This document shows, piece by piece, positions 20,189 to 29,855 of a stretch of 64,000 bases of DNA. The notes below the pieces were generated by a model, which was given only the letters and a program-made list of their open reading frames with translations, did not search any database and was not told where the DNA came from. Source of the stretch: an uncultured Acidimicrobiia bacterium. Lineage in GTDB: Bacteria; Actinomycetota; Acidimicrobiia; Spongiisociales; UBA5794. The position numbers and the translations under genes are program-made. Position 1 is the first letter of the stretch. Every line of letters starts with the position of its first letter. Location: positions 113,472 through 177,471 of the forward strand of contig CAWBVU010000005.1 of NCBI GenBank assembly GCA_963792405.1. Direction: 5' to 3'.

Positions 20189-20962
20189 TCACGTCGCCGT
20201 TGCGATGATGAATAGCCTGCTGAACGGGAGTGTGGTGATCCCATCTGCCCGTCTGGGATAGGCGCGACGATACGCATCCCTGCACGCCGCCCCGAAACGA
20301 GCCCGGTCGTCGTCGTCGAGCGCGGCGAGCACGGGGCGCAGGAGTGATCCCGTCACCCAGGTCCAGACCGGGTCGTCACCATCGAGCCGTTGGAAGTAGG
20401 TGGTTCGCCACATGTCCACGATGGCGGGCTGGACCCAGCTCGCATAGTCCTCCGGGTCGGCGAGGCGGTCGCGCAGGAGTGCGGCGCCCACCTCGCCCGG
20501 CCACTCGCCTTCGCCGAGGATCTGTGAGGGAATCCGATGGGTGGGTGCGTCCCAATTGTCCGGCATCTGCACGGCGAGGACGCCACCGGGATCCAGCCAC
20601 GACCGCAGCATGGCGAACACGTCCGCATGATCGTCGAGCCAGTGGAGGGTGGCGTTCGAGTACACGACGTCGATGCGGCCATCCGGGCGCCATGTCTGGA
20701 TGTCGGCGATCTCGAAGGTGATGCCGGGATGGTCCGACCTCGCCCTGGCGATCATCTCGGGGGAGGCGTCGATGCCGGTCACCTCTGCGTCGGGCCAACG
20801 ATCGGCGAGGACCGCGGTGAGTGCGCCCGTCCCGCATCCGAGATCGACGACGCGCCGTGCCCCGACGTCGGGAATCCTCCCAAGGAGCTCGAGTCCGGGG
20901 CGTGCGCGGTGATCGGCGTACCGGAGGTACCGGTCGGGGTCCCAGGTCGGATGCGGCGTCAC
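20189..20962 (-). CDS. tam: trans-aconitate 2-methyltransferase
   Basis: 257 aa from GTG 20962. WDPDRYLRYADHRARP, DLGCGTG, AVQMPDNWDAPTH and LPFSRLFIIA closely parallel E. coli Tam. The upstream part of ORF 20189..21619 is rejected as antisense. Confidence 0.8.
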   Translation of the reverse strand: MTPHPTWDPDRYLRYADHRARPGLELLGRIPDVGARRVVDLGCGTGALTAVLADRWPDAEVTGIDASPEMIARARSDHPGITFEIADIQTWRPDGRIDVVYSNATLHWLDDHADVFAMLRSWLDPGGVLAVQMPDNWDAPTHRIPSQILGEGEWPGEVGAALLRDRLADPEDYASWVQPAIVDMWRTTYFQRLDGDDPVWTWVTGSLLRPVLAALDDDDRARFGAACRDAYRRAYPRRADGITTLPFSRLFIIATAT

Positions 20963-21097
20963 GGCGCCACCGTATCGAACTCCCCGCGATTCCGCCCTGC
21001 CGAATTCGCCTGTAACGATCCACGACCCGGTTCGTCTGCACTGTCGGGCAAGGGATGCGAGGAAGGCGTCACACGTTCCCGATGTGAGAGGCAGACG

Positions 21098-21700
21098 ATG
21101 AGACGCTGGATCGTGATGGTCATGGCGGTGGTGATGCTCGGCGCGATGAGCGCGGGGGCGCTCGCCGACGAGACGGAGGGGGCCCCTGACGATGGCACCT
21201 CCGAGACGAAGACACTGTCGGATGCGCAGCTGTTCAAGGCGAGGATGATCGCCGACTACTTCGCGTCCTTCGAGGAGCCAGCAGAGGACGTCACCGGAGA
21301 GGGCGAGGCGGAGGAGCCCACCGAGACCTCGTGCGAGCCCGTGGAGCCGGTGGAACCCGTGGAGCCGGTTGCCGGGGACGCCGTCGAGGAAGCACCGACC
21401 GCCGATGACCTTTGCCGGCAGATCGTGGAACTGCGCACCGGCGAGGACACCGTCGGATGGGGCGCCATCTACAAGCTGATGCTGCTCTCCCAGGCGTGGG
21501 ACATGACGCTCGACGAGGTCATGATGAAGCTCCGCGAGAACAGCGAGGACGGCGGCTGGGGATTCGGGAAGTCGTTCAAGGAGCTGAGGGACGAGGGCTA
21601 CGAGTGGGAGGACACCCACAAGAACCTCGGCCAGCTCAACAAGGAGACCAAGGCCGAGGAGCGGGCCGAGCGCAAGGCGGCCAAGAAGGGCGACGACTGA
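21098..21700 (+). CDS. hypothetical secreted acidic protein
   Basis: 200 aa. Signal peptide MRRWIVMVMAVVMLGAMSAGALA, a PVEPVEPVEPV repeat, two Cys and a Lys/Glu-rich tail. GAGAGG is upstream of the ATG. High GC3. Confidence 0.6.
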   Translation: MRRWIVMVMAVVMLGAMSAGALADETEGAPDDGTSETKTLSDAQLFKARMIADYFASFEEPAEDVTGEGEAEEPTETSCEPVEPVEPVEPVAGDAVEEAPTADDLCRQIVELRTGEDTVGWGAIYKLMLLSQAWDMTLDEVMMKLRENSEDGGWGFGKSFKELRDEGYEWEDTHKNLGQLNKETKAEERAERKAAKKGDD

Positions 21701-21737
21701 GCCTCGGCATCACCGATCCGGGAACGTCGTGATCAGC

Positions 21738-21764
21738 GGGGGAGGCCCTCCACGGGCCTCCCCC
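21738..21764 (+). terminator. intrinsic-terminator-like hairpin
   Basis: GGGGGAGGCCC-TCCAC-GGGCCTCCCCC (11-bp perfect stem) followed by GTCTTCG, 38 nt after the stop of the secreted protein gene. Confidence 0.6.
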
Positions 21765-21890
21765 GTCTTCGCGCCACGGGAAGCCCCACGGTGTCGCGGA
21801 ATCCGTGCGGCGGATGACTCTCAGGGGTGGAAGGCGCTCGAAGGGCGCCGCACCCGCGGCTCACTTCGTCCGCCGGAAGGGAGCTACGAC

Positions 21891-22571
21891 GTGATCCTCC
21901 GTCGCATCATCATCCTCGCCATCACTGCCATGTGCGCCCTGGCGGTCGTCATCGCCGCACCTGCTGGGGCGAAGGGGAAGCCGGCGCCCGAACCCACAGC
22001 CACCTACTCCGTGGCACTGCACCTCGGAGATGACGCCGAGGGGCTCGGATCCTGCGGCGACGACACCCTCACGATGGCCGCCATCGACGGTGCGATCATC
22101 GCCGACGGCCACCCGGCCCCCGACGGCGGGACCATCACCTCGATCCCCATCATGCACCTGCGGGCGGATGTGCCGTGGAGCCGCTCCTCTCCGGCACCCG
22201 GTGCAGCCGGTGACGCATTCGACGAGTGCCATGGCGGAGCCCTCGCTGGATCCAGCTCGGACATCCCCAGCTACTTCCTGATCCACGAGGACCGCGACGG
22301 GAACATGGCGAGCATGCTGTGGGCATTCGACGTCTACACGCAGGAGGGAACGAAGGGAAGGGACAAGACGCCGGCGATCAAGGAGTACTTCCGATTGTGG
22401 CCCTCCGACGGCGTGGCCTTCGTCGACGCCGACGGGAACGCCTGCCCGATCGAACCGGTCGTCGAGGTGACCTGCCACGTGTCGGGACCCTTCGAGATCT
22501 GGCACTACTACCCGATCGAGCAGATCGGCGTCGCCGACTTCGCCTTCTCCGTCACGATCACCCGCAACTGA
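21891..22571 (+). CDS. hypothetical secreted protein
   Basis: 226 aa from GTG 21891, preceded by GGAAGGGAG. Signal peptide VILRRIIILAITAMCALAVVIAAPAGA. Several Cys. No family recognised. Confidence 0.55.
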   Translation: MILRRIIILAITAMCALAVVIAAPAGAKGKPAPEPTATYSVALHLGDDAEGLGSCGDDTLTMAAIDGAIIADGHPAPDGGTITSIPIMHLRADVPWSRSSPAPGAAGDAFDECHGGALAGSSSDIPSYFLIHEDRDGNMASMLWAFDVYTQEGTKGRDKTPAIKEYFRLWPSDGVAFVDADGNACPIEPVVEVTCHVSGPFEIWHYYPIEQIGVADFAFSVTITRN

Positions 22572-22586
22572 CGGGACCGTATCGCA

Positions 22587-22614
22587 CCCGCCACGACGAC
22601 ACACCTGTGGCGGG
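22587..22614. terminator. hairpin between convergent genes
   Basis: CCCGCCAC-12 nt-GTGGCGGG lies between the stop at 22571 (+) and the stop at 22632 (-). Confidence 0.4.
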
Positions 22615-22631
22615 CGCGACGCGACACGATC

Positions 22632-23777
22632 TCAGACGCCCATCCCCCTGCCGATGATCTCCTTCATGATCTCGGTGGTGCCGCCGTAGATCGTCTGCAC
22701 CCTGGCATCGAGGTACGCCTGGGCGATCGGGTACTCCATCATGTAGCCGTAGCCACCGTGGATCTGGACCCCGAGGTCGACGACCCTGCGCAGCATCTCG
22801 GTGGTCCACCACTTCGCCTCTGCGGCCTGCTCGATGGTGAGCCGTCCCGCGACGTGCTCCTCGAGGAGGCGGTCGACGAACACGCGCCCGAGATCCACCT
22901 CGGTCTTCGCCTCGGCGAGCTTGAAGCGGTTGTGCTGGAAGCTACCGATCGGCCGTCCGAAGGCGCGCCGTTGCTTTGCGTAGTCCAGCGCGATGCCGAG
23001 GGCGGCCTCGGCTCCCGCCACGGCGCCCACGGCGATCGAGAACCTCTCCTGGGGCAGGTTCGCCACCAGCTGGAGGAAGGCGGCACCCTCGTCACCAAGG
23101 CGGTTGTCCACGGGCACGACGACATCGTCGAAGAACAGCTCGGCCGTGTCCTGGGCGTGGAGCCCCATCTTCTCGAGGTTCCGGCCCCGTGCGAAACCGT
23201 CCATGCCGTCCTCGACGACGAGGAGGGTCAGCCCCGCGTGGGGATCATCGGAGGTCCGCGCGACGACGATCACGAGGTCCGCGTTGATGCCGTTGGTGAT
23301 GAACGTCTTCGAGCCGTTCAGCACGTAGGCGTCACCCTCCCTCCTTGCGGACGTGGCGATCCCCGCGAGATCCGATCCCGTTCCCGGCTCGGTCATCGCG
23401 ATGGCGGTCATCAGCTCACCGCTGGCGAGTCCCGGTAGCCATCGTTGCCGCTGCTCGTCGGTCGTGTACGTCAGGAAGTAGGGGAGGCAGATGTCGTTGT
23501 GGAGCGTGATGCACAGGCCCGAGCCCCCGCCCCCACCACCGACGAGCACCTCGCTGATCACGGCGTTGTAGCGGAAGTCGTCGACACCCCCTCCGCCGTA
23601 GTCGGCGGGGACCGCCATCCCGAGGAGACCCGCCGCACCCGCCGCACGAAACATCGCCTTGTCGACCTTTCCCGCACGATCCCACTCGGGCGCGTGAGGG
23701 AGGATCTCCGTTTCGAGGAAGTGGCGTACGGAGTCCCTGAAGATCTCGTGCTCGGGCTCGAACACCGTCCGTTGCAT
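22632..23777 (-). CDS. acyl-CoA dehydrogenase
   Basis: 381 aa. ACAD layout with AMTEPGTGSDL, a GSKTFITNG-type motif and C-terminal IYGGTTEIMKEIIGR. Confidence 0.92.
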   Translation of the reverse strand: MQRTVFEPEHEIFRDSVRHFLETEILPHAPEWDRAGKVDKAMFRAAGAAGLLGMAVPADYGGGGVDDFRYNAVISEVLVGGGGGGSGLCITLHNDICLPYFLTYTTDEQRQRWLPGLASGELMTAIAMTEPGTGSDLAGIATSARREGDAYVLNGSKTFITNGINADLVIVVARTSDDPHAGLTLLVVEDGMDGFARGRNLEKMGLHAQDTAELFFDDVVVPVDNRLGDEGAAFLQLVANLPQERFSIAVGAVAGAEAALGIALDYAKQRRAFGRPIGSFQHNRFKLAEAKTEVDLGRVFVDRLLEEHVAGRLTIEQAAEAKWWTTEMLRRVVDLGVQIHGGYGYMMEYPIAQAYLDARVQTIYGGTTEIMKEIIGRGMGV

Positions 23778-23891
23778 GGCTCAGCACCTCACCATCGGCT
23801 TCGGTCCGCACGGTAGCCCGCCGCCGAGCCTGCACGAGTGCCACTCCGGCACTGGGCCGCGCGTAGGGTGGAGGTGGTCGAAAGGAGCACC

Positions 23892-24578
23892 ATGGAGTTC
23901 GACATCTCCCACCAGCCCTCGTATGCGATCGTCGCCGCCCACATGGGCCCGGGTGAGGCCATCCAGGCCGAAGGAGGTGCGATGGTGTCGATGGATCCCG
24001 GCATCAGTGTCGAGACCAAGGCACGAGGCGGCATCCTGAAGTCCTTGGGTCGATCGGTGCTCGGCGGCGAGTCGTTCTTCCTCAACACCTTCCGATCCGA
24101 CACCGGAGGCACGATCAGGCTGGCGCCGTCGCTGCCGGGCGACATGATGGTCCTCGACGTGCGCGAGGACGCGCCGCTGATGGTCCAGAGCGGCGGCTAC
24201 ATCGCCTCGACGGAGGGCGTCGAGGTGGACACCAAGTGGGGCGGGGCGAAGACCTTCTTCGCATCCGAAGGACTGATCATGCTGCGGATCTCCGGGAGGG
24301 GGAAGCTGGTCATCGCCAGCTTCGGGGCCCTGGACCAGTGGACACTGGGCCCCGGCCAGACGATGACGGTGGACACGGGGCACCTCGTGTCGATGACCGA
24401 AGGCATCGGCTTCGCCATCCGGAAGGTCGGAGGGTGGAAGAGCACGCTGTTCTCCGGTGAGGGCCTCGTCGTCGACCTCACCGGACCGGGAACATTCACC
24501 ACCCAGACGCGCTCCCAGGACGCCTTCCTCTCCTGGCTGATCCCGAAGCTCCCATCCCAGACGTCATCTGCCCGCTAG
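23892..24578 (+). CDS. AIM24/TIGR00266 (DUF124) family protein
   Basis: ATG 23892 preceded by AAAGGAG. MEFDISHQPSYAIV...GGAMVSMD...GESFFLNTF... is typical of the family. Confidence 0.8.
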   Translation: MEFDISHQPSYAIVAAHMGPGEAIQAEGGAMVSMDPGISVETKARGGILKSLGRSVLGGESFFLNTFRSDTGGTIRLAPSLPGDMMVLDVREDAPLMVQSGGYIASTEGVEVDTKWGGAKTFFASEGLIMLRISGRGKLVIASFGALDQWTLGPGQTMTVDTGHLVSMTEGIGFAIRKVGGWKSTLFSGEGLVVDLTGPGTFTTQTRSQDAFLSWLIPKLPSQTSSAR

Positions 24579-24644
24579 GCGCGCCGCCGTCGGGATATCG
24601 CCTCGGTATCGGTACCGTCCCCGTTCTGATCGAGGACGGACGAC

Positions 24645-24980
24645 GTGCAGCGAGATGCAGCCAACATGCCGGACGGCAGGGACCTGCTCAGGGGGATGGG
24701 TTGGGAACCCCTGCCGTACAGCTGCGTCGGCCTCGTCCGCAAGACGGGGACGACGGCCAATGCGACACTCTGGTCGTGGATGATCCTGATCCCATGGTCG
24801 TCGAATGGGAAGCCATGGATCGACGGCACGGAGGTCGTTCCGGCCTCGACGAAGGATGACGCCGCCGAGCGTGATCTGGTGTTCGCCAAGATGCGTGGGA
24901 TCCTCGACGATCGCTACGGCGACGCCGTGGCCTCCTCGGCCGTCGACAGCCTCCTGGACGAGATCTTCGACGACACCTGA
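24645..24980 (+). CDS. hypothetical protein
   Basis: 111-aa ORF from a GTG start, high GC3, no family recognised. Confidence 0.45.
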   Translation: MQRDAANMPDGRDLLRGMGWEPLPYSCVGLVRKTGTTANATLWSWMILIPWSSNGKPWIDGTEVVPASTKDDAAERDLVFAKMRGILDDRYGDAVASSAVDSLLDEIFDDT

Positions 24981-25000
24981 GCCGGTCGGGGGCCAGGCCG

Positions 25001-26695
25001 TCAGGCGGGAACCATCGGCAGGTAGACGGGGGACCACATCTCCGATGCGATGGCGGCATCGAGGTCCTCGACGGGATCTGCCACGCCTTCCCTGATGGCT
25101 CGCTTCGCGACGGCGAGCGCCACCGCCTTCGCGACGTCCATGACCTCATCGATGTCGGGATAGATCTGGCCCTCGGCGACGAGATCCGGCCGCGTCATCT
25201 CTGCGAGGGCGACGGCGGCCGAGAGGAACATCCCGTTCGTCACCTCCCGCGCTCGCACGGCGAGCACGCCGAGGCCCATGCCGGGGAAGATGTAGACGTT
25301 GTTCGCCTGTCCGATCCGGTGCACCACGCCATCGATCTCGACGGGCTTGAAGGGGCTGCCCGTGGCAACGATGGCCCGGCCCTCCGTCCACTCGAGCGCG
25401 GCGGCAGGGATGACCTCGGTGTGGCTCGTCGGGTTGGAGAGGGGCAGGATGATCGGCCGCTCGGTGTGACGAGCCATCTCGGTGATCACCTCGCGGGTGA
25501 ACAGACCGGCCTGGCCCGTCACGCCGATGAGCACCGTCGGGCGGACATTGCGGACGACGTCGAGGAGCGACGGGGGGTTCTCGACCTCGTCCCATCCCGC
25601 GATGACCGACGGATCGGTCGCCAGGTCGGCCTTGAAGCTCCGCACATGGGGGCCCGAGACGACGAGGCCCCGACTGTCGAGCGTGAAGATCGAGCTCTTG
25701 GCGATCTCGGGGTGGGTGCCGTCGGCGACCATCGCGAACTGGATCTGCTCGGCGATGCCGTGCCCAGCGGAGCCGGCGCCTGCGATGACGATGCGATGCT
25801 CGACGTCGATCATCCCATGGCCCCTGAAGGCGGCGATCAGGCCGCCCACGACCATGGCCGCGGTGCCCTGGATGTCGTCGTTGAACGATGCGATGTGCTG
25901 CCGGTGGACGTTGAGGTGGCGGAAGCTGGTGGTGTTCGCGAAGTCCTCCCACTGCAGCAGGGCCCCCGGGAACACCTGGTTGACCGCATCGACGAACTCG
26001 TCCACGAGCTCGTCGTACTCCGTGCCGCGCAGGCGGGGTGCCCGGTACCCGATGTAGAGCGGATCGTCGAGCAGGCCGGCGTTGTTGGTTCCGACGTCGA
26101 GGGACACGGGGATGCACCGTTCGGGATGGATGCCCGCAGCCGCGGTGTAGAGGGACAACTTGCCGATCGGGATGCCCATCCCGCCGGCGCCCTGGTCGCC
26201 GATCCCCAGGATCCGCTCGTTGTCGGTGACGACGATCACCGGTGGCTCCATCACGCGCAGCGAGCCGAGGATGTCGGCGATCCGACCCTTGTCACGCGGG
26301 GTGATGTAGATGCCGTGCTGGCGGCGATAGATCCGTGACCAGTGGGAGCATGCCTGGGCGACCGTGGGCGTGTACACGATCGGAATCGTCTCGGCGAGGT
26401 GGTCGGTGAGGTACCGGTAGAACAGCGTCTCGTTGCGGTCCATCAGGGCGTTCAGGTAGACGTTCTTGCCCATGTCGGTGGTCTTCGCGTCGTACTGGAC
26501 CTGGACACGCCGCAGCTGCTCGTCGACCGTGGCCACGTGATCGGGAAGCAGTCCGAGCAATCGCAGGTCCTCCCTCTCGGTGCGGGTGAATGCATCGCCC
26601 TTGTTGAGGAAGGGATCCCTGAGGACATCCTCGCCCCGCGCCGTGACGGCGAGGTACGGGCTGTCGCCGTCATCGGTTTCGATCGAGAATCGCAT
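25001..26695 (-). CDS. maeA: NAD-dependent malic enzyme
   Basis: 564 aa. FNDDIQGTAAMV, VIAGAGSAGHGIA and LSNPTS motifs of large-type malic enzymes. Confidence 0.93.
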   Translation of the reverse strand: MRFSIETDDGDSPYLAVTARGEDVLRDPFLNKGDAFTRTEREDLRLLGLLPDHVATVDEQLRRVQVQYDAKTTDMGKNVYLNALMDRNETLFYRYLTDHLAETIPIVYTPTVAQACSHWSRIYRRQHGIYITPRDKGRIADILGSLRVMEPPVIVVTDNERILGIGDQGAGGMGIPIGKLSLYTAAAGIHPERCIPVSLDVGTNNAGLLDDPLYIGYRAPRLRGTEYDELVDEFVDAVNQVFPGALLQWEDFANTTSFRHLNVHRQHIASFNDDIQGTAAMVVGGLIAAFRGHGMIDVEHRIVIAGAGSAGHGIAEQIQFAMVADGTHPEIAKSSIFTLDSRGLVVSGPHVRSFKADLATDPSVIAGWDEVENPPSLLDVVRNVRPTVLIGVTGQAGLFTREVITEMARHTERPIILPLSNPTSHTEVIPAAALEWTEGRAIVATGSPFKPVEIDGVVHRIGQANNVYIFPGMGLGVLAVRAREVTNGMFLSAAVALAEMTRPDLVAEGQIYPDIDEVMDVAKAVALAVAKRAIREGVADPVEDLDAAIASEMWSPVYLPMVPA

Positions 26696-26829
26696 GGAGC
26701 CCTCCGGACTGGCGACCCGGGGCCACGGCGCATCCGCCGCCGCGGCATCGCAGCTCCCACTCTACGCACAGGTACCGGACTGCCTCTCCCGGTGGTGCCC
26801 TATCGTCCCTGACCGACGAAGGAGGCCCC

Positions 26830-28818
26830 GTGAACGACATGTCTCGCATCACCGTCTCGGCGGACGACCCCGTGTTCGATTCCGCCGATACCGATCCGAC
26901 CGTCAGCCCTGCCGAGGACTTCTACCGCTGGGTGAACGGCGGATGGATCGCAGCGAACCCGGTGCCCCCGGAGTACGGCGCATGGGGCGCGGCCCAGGAG
27001 GTCCACGAGCGCAACCAGGAGATCCTGAAGGGGCTGCTCGACGCCGCGGCGGCCGATGGGACCTCGGAGCCGGGGACCGCAGACCATTGGGTCGGCACCT
27101 ACGTCCGGTCCGGCATGGACGAGGCCCGTATCGAAGCACTCGGCATCGAGCCGATCGAGCCATGGCTCCGGCGGATCGAAGGGATCGCCGACCTCGAGGA
27201 TCTCCGCGGCCTGGTCGCAGACCTCCACCTCATCGGCGTCGGAGCGCTCTTCGACGTCGGGGTCCTCCCCGACTTCGAGGACGCGACGGTGAACCTCCTG
27301 TACATCGGCCAGGGTGGGCTCGGGCTCCCCGACCGCGACTACTACCTGCGCGACGACGACACGTCCCGACAGCTGCTCGACGCCTATCGAGCGCACATCG
27401 CCACGATGTTCGGACTGCTGGGGCATTCCGATGCAGAGGCCTCCGTGCGGGCTTCGGAGGTCGTGGCCATCGAGACAGCCCTCGCAGAGCGTTCGTACAC
27501 CAACGTACAGATGCGCGACATCGAGCTCATCACCAACAAGCGCCTGATGGAGGACGTGGCCGCGATGATGCCCGCCTTCGGGCTCGATGCGTACGTCGGT
27601 GCGATCGGGGCAGGTTCCGAGCATGCGGTCAGCATCGACAATGTCGGCTTCTTCCCCGACGTCGACGCGATGCTCACCACGCGATCGCTCGACGAGTGGA
27701 AGGCCTACCTCACCTGGCATCTCGTGCGATCGACCGCCTCCAGCCTCCCCGAGGCCTTCGAAACCGCGGCCTTCGACTTCTACGGACGCACCCTCGGCGG
27801 CCAGCAGCAGCAGAAGCCTCGCTGGAAACGAGTCCTCGCGGCGGCGTCGTCGGACATCGGACAGCTCGTGTCGCAGCTCTATGTGCGAGACAACTTCTCC
27901 CCTGTCGCCAAGGCGCGGATGGAGCACCTCGTCGACCGCCTCTTCGACGCGATGCGCGACACCCTGATGACGATCACCTGGATGAGCGATGAGACGAGGG
28001 GCCAGGCGCTCGCAAAGCTCGAGGGATTCGGGGCGAAGATCGGCTACCCCGACGAGTGGCGGGACTACTCGGGGCTCGAGCTCGAGGACGGCGCATGGCT
28101 GTCCAATCGCCTTGCCTGCCGCACGTTCGAGGTGCGGCGACAGCTCGATCAACTGGGGAAGCCCGTCGATCCCCACGAGTGGTCGATGGCGCCCCATGTG
28201 GTCAACGCCTACTACCACCCGCTTCGCAACGAGATCGTGTTTCCCGCAGGAATCCTCCAGCCCCCGTTCTTCACGGAGGATGCGGATGACGCCGTCAACT
28301 ACGGGGCCATCGGGGCGGTCATCGGGCACGAGATCACCCACGGATTCGACGACCAGGGCTCACGCTTCGATGCGGAGGGCAACGTTCGGAACTGGTGGTC
28401 CGCCGAGGACCGAGCGGAATTCGAGCGTAGGGCGAGGGTGGTCGTCGAACAGTTCTCCGAGTTTGAGATCGAGGACGGCCTCGCGGTGAACGGCGAGCTG
28501 ACCCTCGGCGAGAACATCGCAGACCTCGGCGGGCTCAAGATCGCACTGCGTGCGCTCGAGACCGAGCTCGATGGGCAGCCCGCGGACGTCGCGGGGCTCA
28601 CCGCCACACAACGCTTCTTCATGGCGTGGGCGAGGGTGTGGCGCCGCAACTACACGCCGGAGTACCTGCGACTCATCGTCAACTCCGACCCCCACGCGCC
28701 CTCCGATCTTCGATGCCTCGGCCCCATGAGCAACCTCGGCAGTTTCGCCGAGGCGTTCGGCATCGACGATGCGCATCCTTCGATGCGACCCCCTGAGCAC
28801 AGGGTGGACATCTGGTGA
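26830..28818 (+). CDS. pepO: M13 family zinc metallopeptidase (PepO/neprilysin-like)
   Basis: 662 aa. NAYYHP, VIGHEITHGFDDQG (HExxH), GENIADLGG. No signal peptide. Confidence 0.92.
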   Translation: MNDMSRITVSADDPVFDSADTDPTVSPAEDFYRWVNGGWIAANPVPPEYGAWGAAQEVHERNQEILKGLLDAAAADGTSEPGTADHWVGTYVRSGMDEARIEALGIEPIEPWLRRIEGIADLEDLRGLVADLHLIGVGALFDVGVLPDFEDATVNLLYIGQGGLGLPDRDYYLRDDDTSRQLLDAYRAHIATMFGLLGHSDAEASVRASEVVAIETALAERSYTNVQMRDIELITNKRLMEDVAAMMPAFGLDAYVGAIGAGSEHAVSIDNVGFFPDVDAMLTTRSLDEWKAYLTWHLVRSTASSLPEAFETAAFDFYGRTLGGQQQQKPRWKRVLAAASSDIGQLVSQLYVRDNFSPVAKARMEHLVDRLFDAMRDTLMTITWMSDETRGQALAKLEGFGAKIGYPDEWRDYSGLELEDGAWLSNRLACRTFEVRRQLDQLGKPVDPHEWSMAPHVVNAYYHPLRNEIVFPAGILQPPFFTEDADDAVNYGAIGAVIGHEITHGFDDQGSRFDAEGNVRNWWSAEDRAEFERRARVVVEQFSEFEIEDGLAVNGELTLGENIADLGGLKIALRALETELDGQPADVAGLTATQRFFMAWARVWRRNYTPEYLRLIVNSDPHAPSDLRCLGPMSNLGSFAEAFGIDDAHPSMRPPEHRVDIW

Positions 28819-28904
28819 GGTGCCGTCGACCTGGGGCGCACCGCATGCGCCGCCGTCCGGGGAGCCGCGGATCGTATCCCCCGGTCGGTGATTGAATCCC
28901 GCCG

Positions 28905-29477
28905 ATGCGACACATCCTCATCGCCATCGTCGCGGTGGCCCTCACGGCCGGATGCTCGAGTGCATCGGGTGCGTCGGGGGGGCCCGAGGCGTCCGCAGAC
29001 GGCTCGTCGCAGAGCCCGGCCACCGTGTGGGCGATCGGCGACTCGATCATGGTGGGCGCCACGGACCTGCTCACCGGAGCACGGCCCGACCTGGTGATCG
29101 ACGCCGAGGTCGGTCGAACCTTCGCCCAGGGGCTCGCAACGCTGGCGAGCCTCACGGCAGCAGGCGAGACCCCCGATGCCCTCATCTTCGCCCTGGGGAC
29201 GAACAACGGAGCGACGCCCGACCAGATCGCCGACCTCGTCGCCCTGGCCGAGGGCATCGAAAGGGTGATCCTCGTCACGGTCGTGGTGCCTCGCGGGTGG
29301 GAGGACGGCACGAACGCCGCCATCGTCGACGCCGAGGCACGATACGGGTCCGTGACCGTCGCTGATTGGTACGCCGTGGCCGCAGGCGACACGTCGCTGT
29401 TCCGCTCCGACGGCTACCACCCGAACGCCGACGGCCTCGCCGTGTGGGCGGATCTCGTCCTCACCACGGTCGAATGA
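28905..29477 (+). CDS. SGNH/GDSL-like hydrolase lipoprotein
   Basis: Lipobox LTAGC. Block I VWAIGDSIMVGA, GTNN, and block V SDGYHPN. Confidence 0.7.
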   Translation: MRHILIAIVAVALTAGCSSASGASGGPEASADGSSQSPATVWAIGDSIMVGATDLLTGARPDLVIDAEVGRTFAQGLATLASLTAAGETPDALIFALGTNNGATPDQIADLVALAEGIERVILVTVVVPRGWEDGTNAAIVDAEARYGSVTVADWYAVAAGDTSLFRSDGYHPNADGLAVWADLVLTTVE

Positions 29478-29508
29478 GTCAGCGGACTCCGCGCCACGAT
29501 GGCGTATC

Positions 29509-29796
29509 GTGAAGGTGATGGACATGGCCCAACCGATCGATGACCGAACCGACGACGAGGGTCCTGCTCTCACGTTGCGTGAGCGCGTCGCCAAGGCGGC
29601 CAGGGAGGCGGATGGTCCCCGCGTGACCGTCCATGACGACGGCACCACCGAGATCGAGCTCGAGGTGTATGCCATCACCGGGACGGCACTCCCGCGCCCG
29701 GATCACCGGACCGGGATCGTGAAGCGATTCACGACGCGGATCTCCGGCAAGCGGGAGCAGACAGGCACGGTGCGGTACGTGACGCGTCGTCCCTGA
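29509..29796 (+). CDS. hypothetical protein
   Basis: 95-aa ORF, high GC3. Start ambiguous (GTG 29509, ATG 29518 or 29524). Confidence 0.45.
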   Translation: MKVMDMAQPIDDRTDDEGPALTLRERVAKAAREADGPRVTVHDDGTTEIELEVYAITGTALPRPDHRTGIVKRFTTRISGKREQTGTVRYVTRRP

Positions 29797-29855
29797 GCGG
29801 CGTCACGGATCCGAGGGGTGACCGGGAGTGGCTGCCGGGGTCGGGGCCGCCAGGG

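Noticed and set aside
21335-21370. Short tandem nucleotide repeat (GAGCCCGTG GAGCCGGTG GAACCCGTG GAGCCGGTT)
   Set aside because: It is an in-frame coding repeat (PVE units) inside a secreted protein gene. It is not a CRISPR array or satellite. No spaced direct repeats typical of CRISPR were seen anywhere in the window.
20963-21619. Upstream extension of the tam ORF (476-aa ORF 20189..21619)
   Set aside because: Similarity to Tam begins at GTG 20962. The extension is Leu/Arg/Gly/His-rich and antisense to a plus-strand gene that has a signal peptide, an SD and high GC3.
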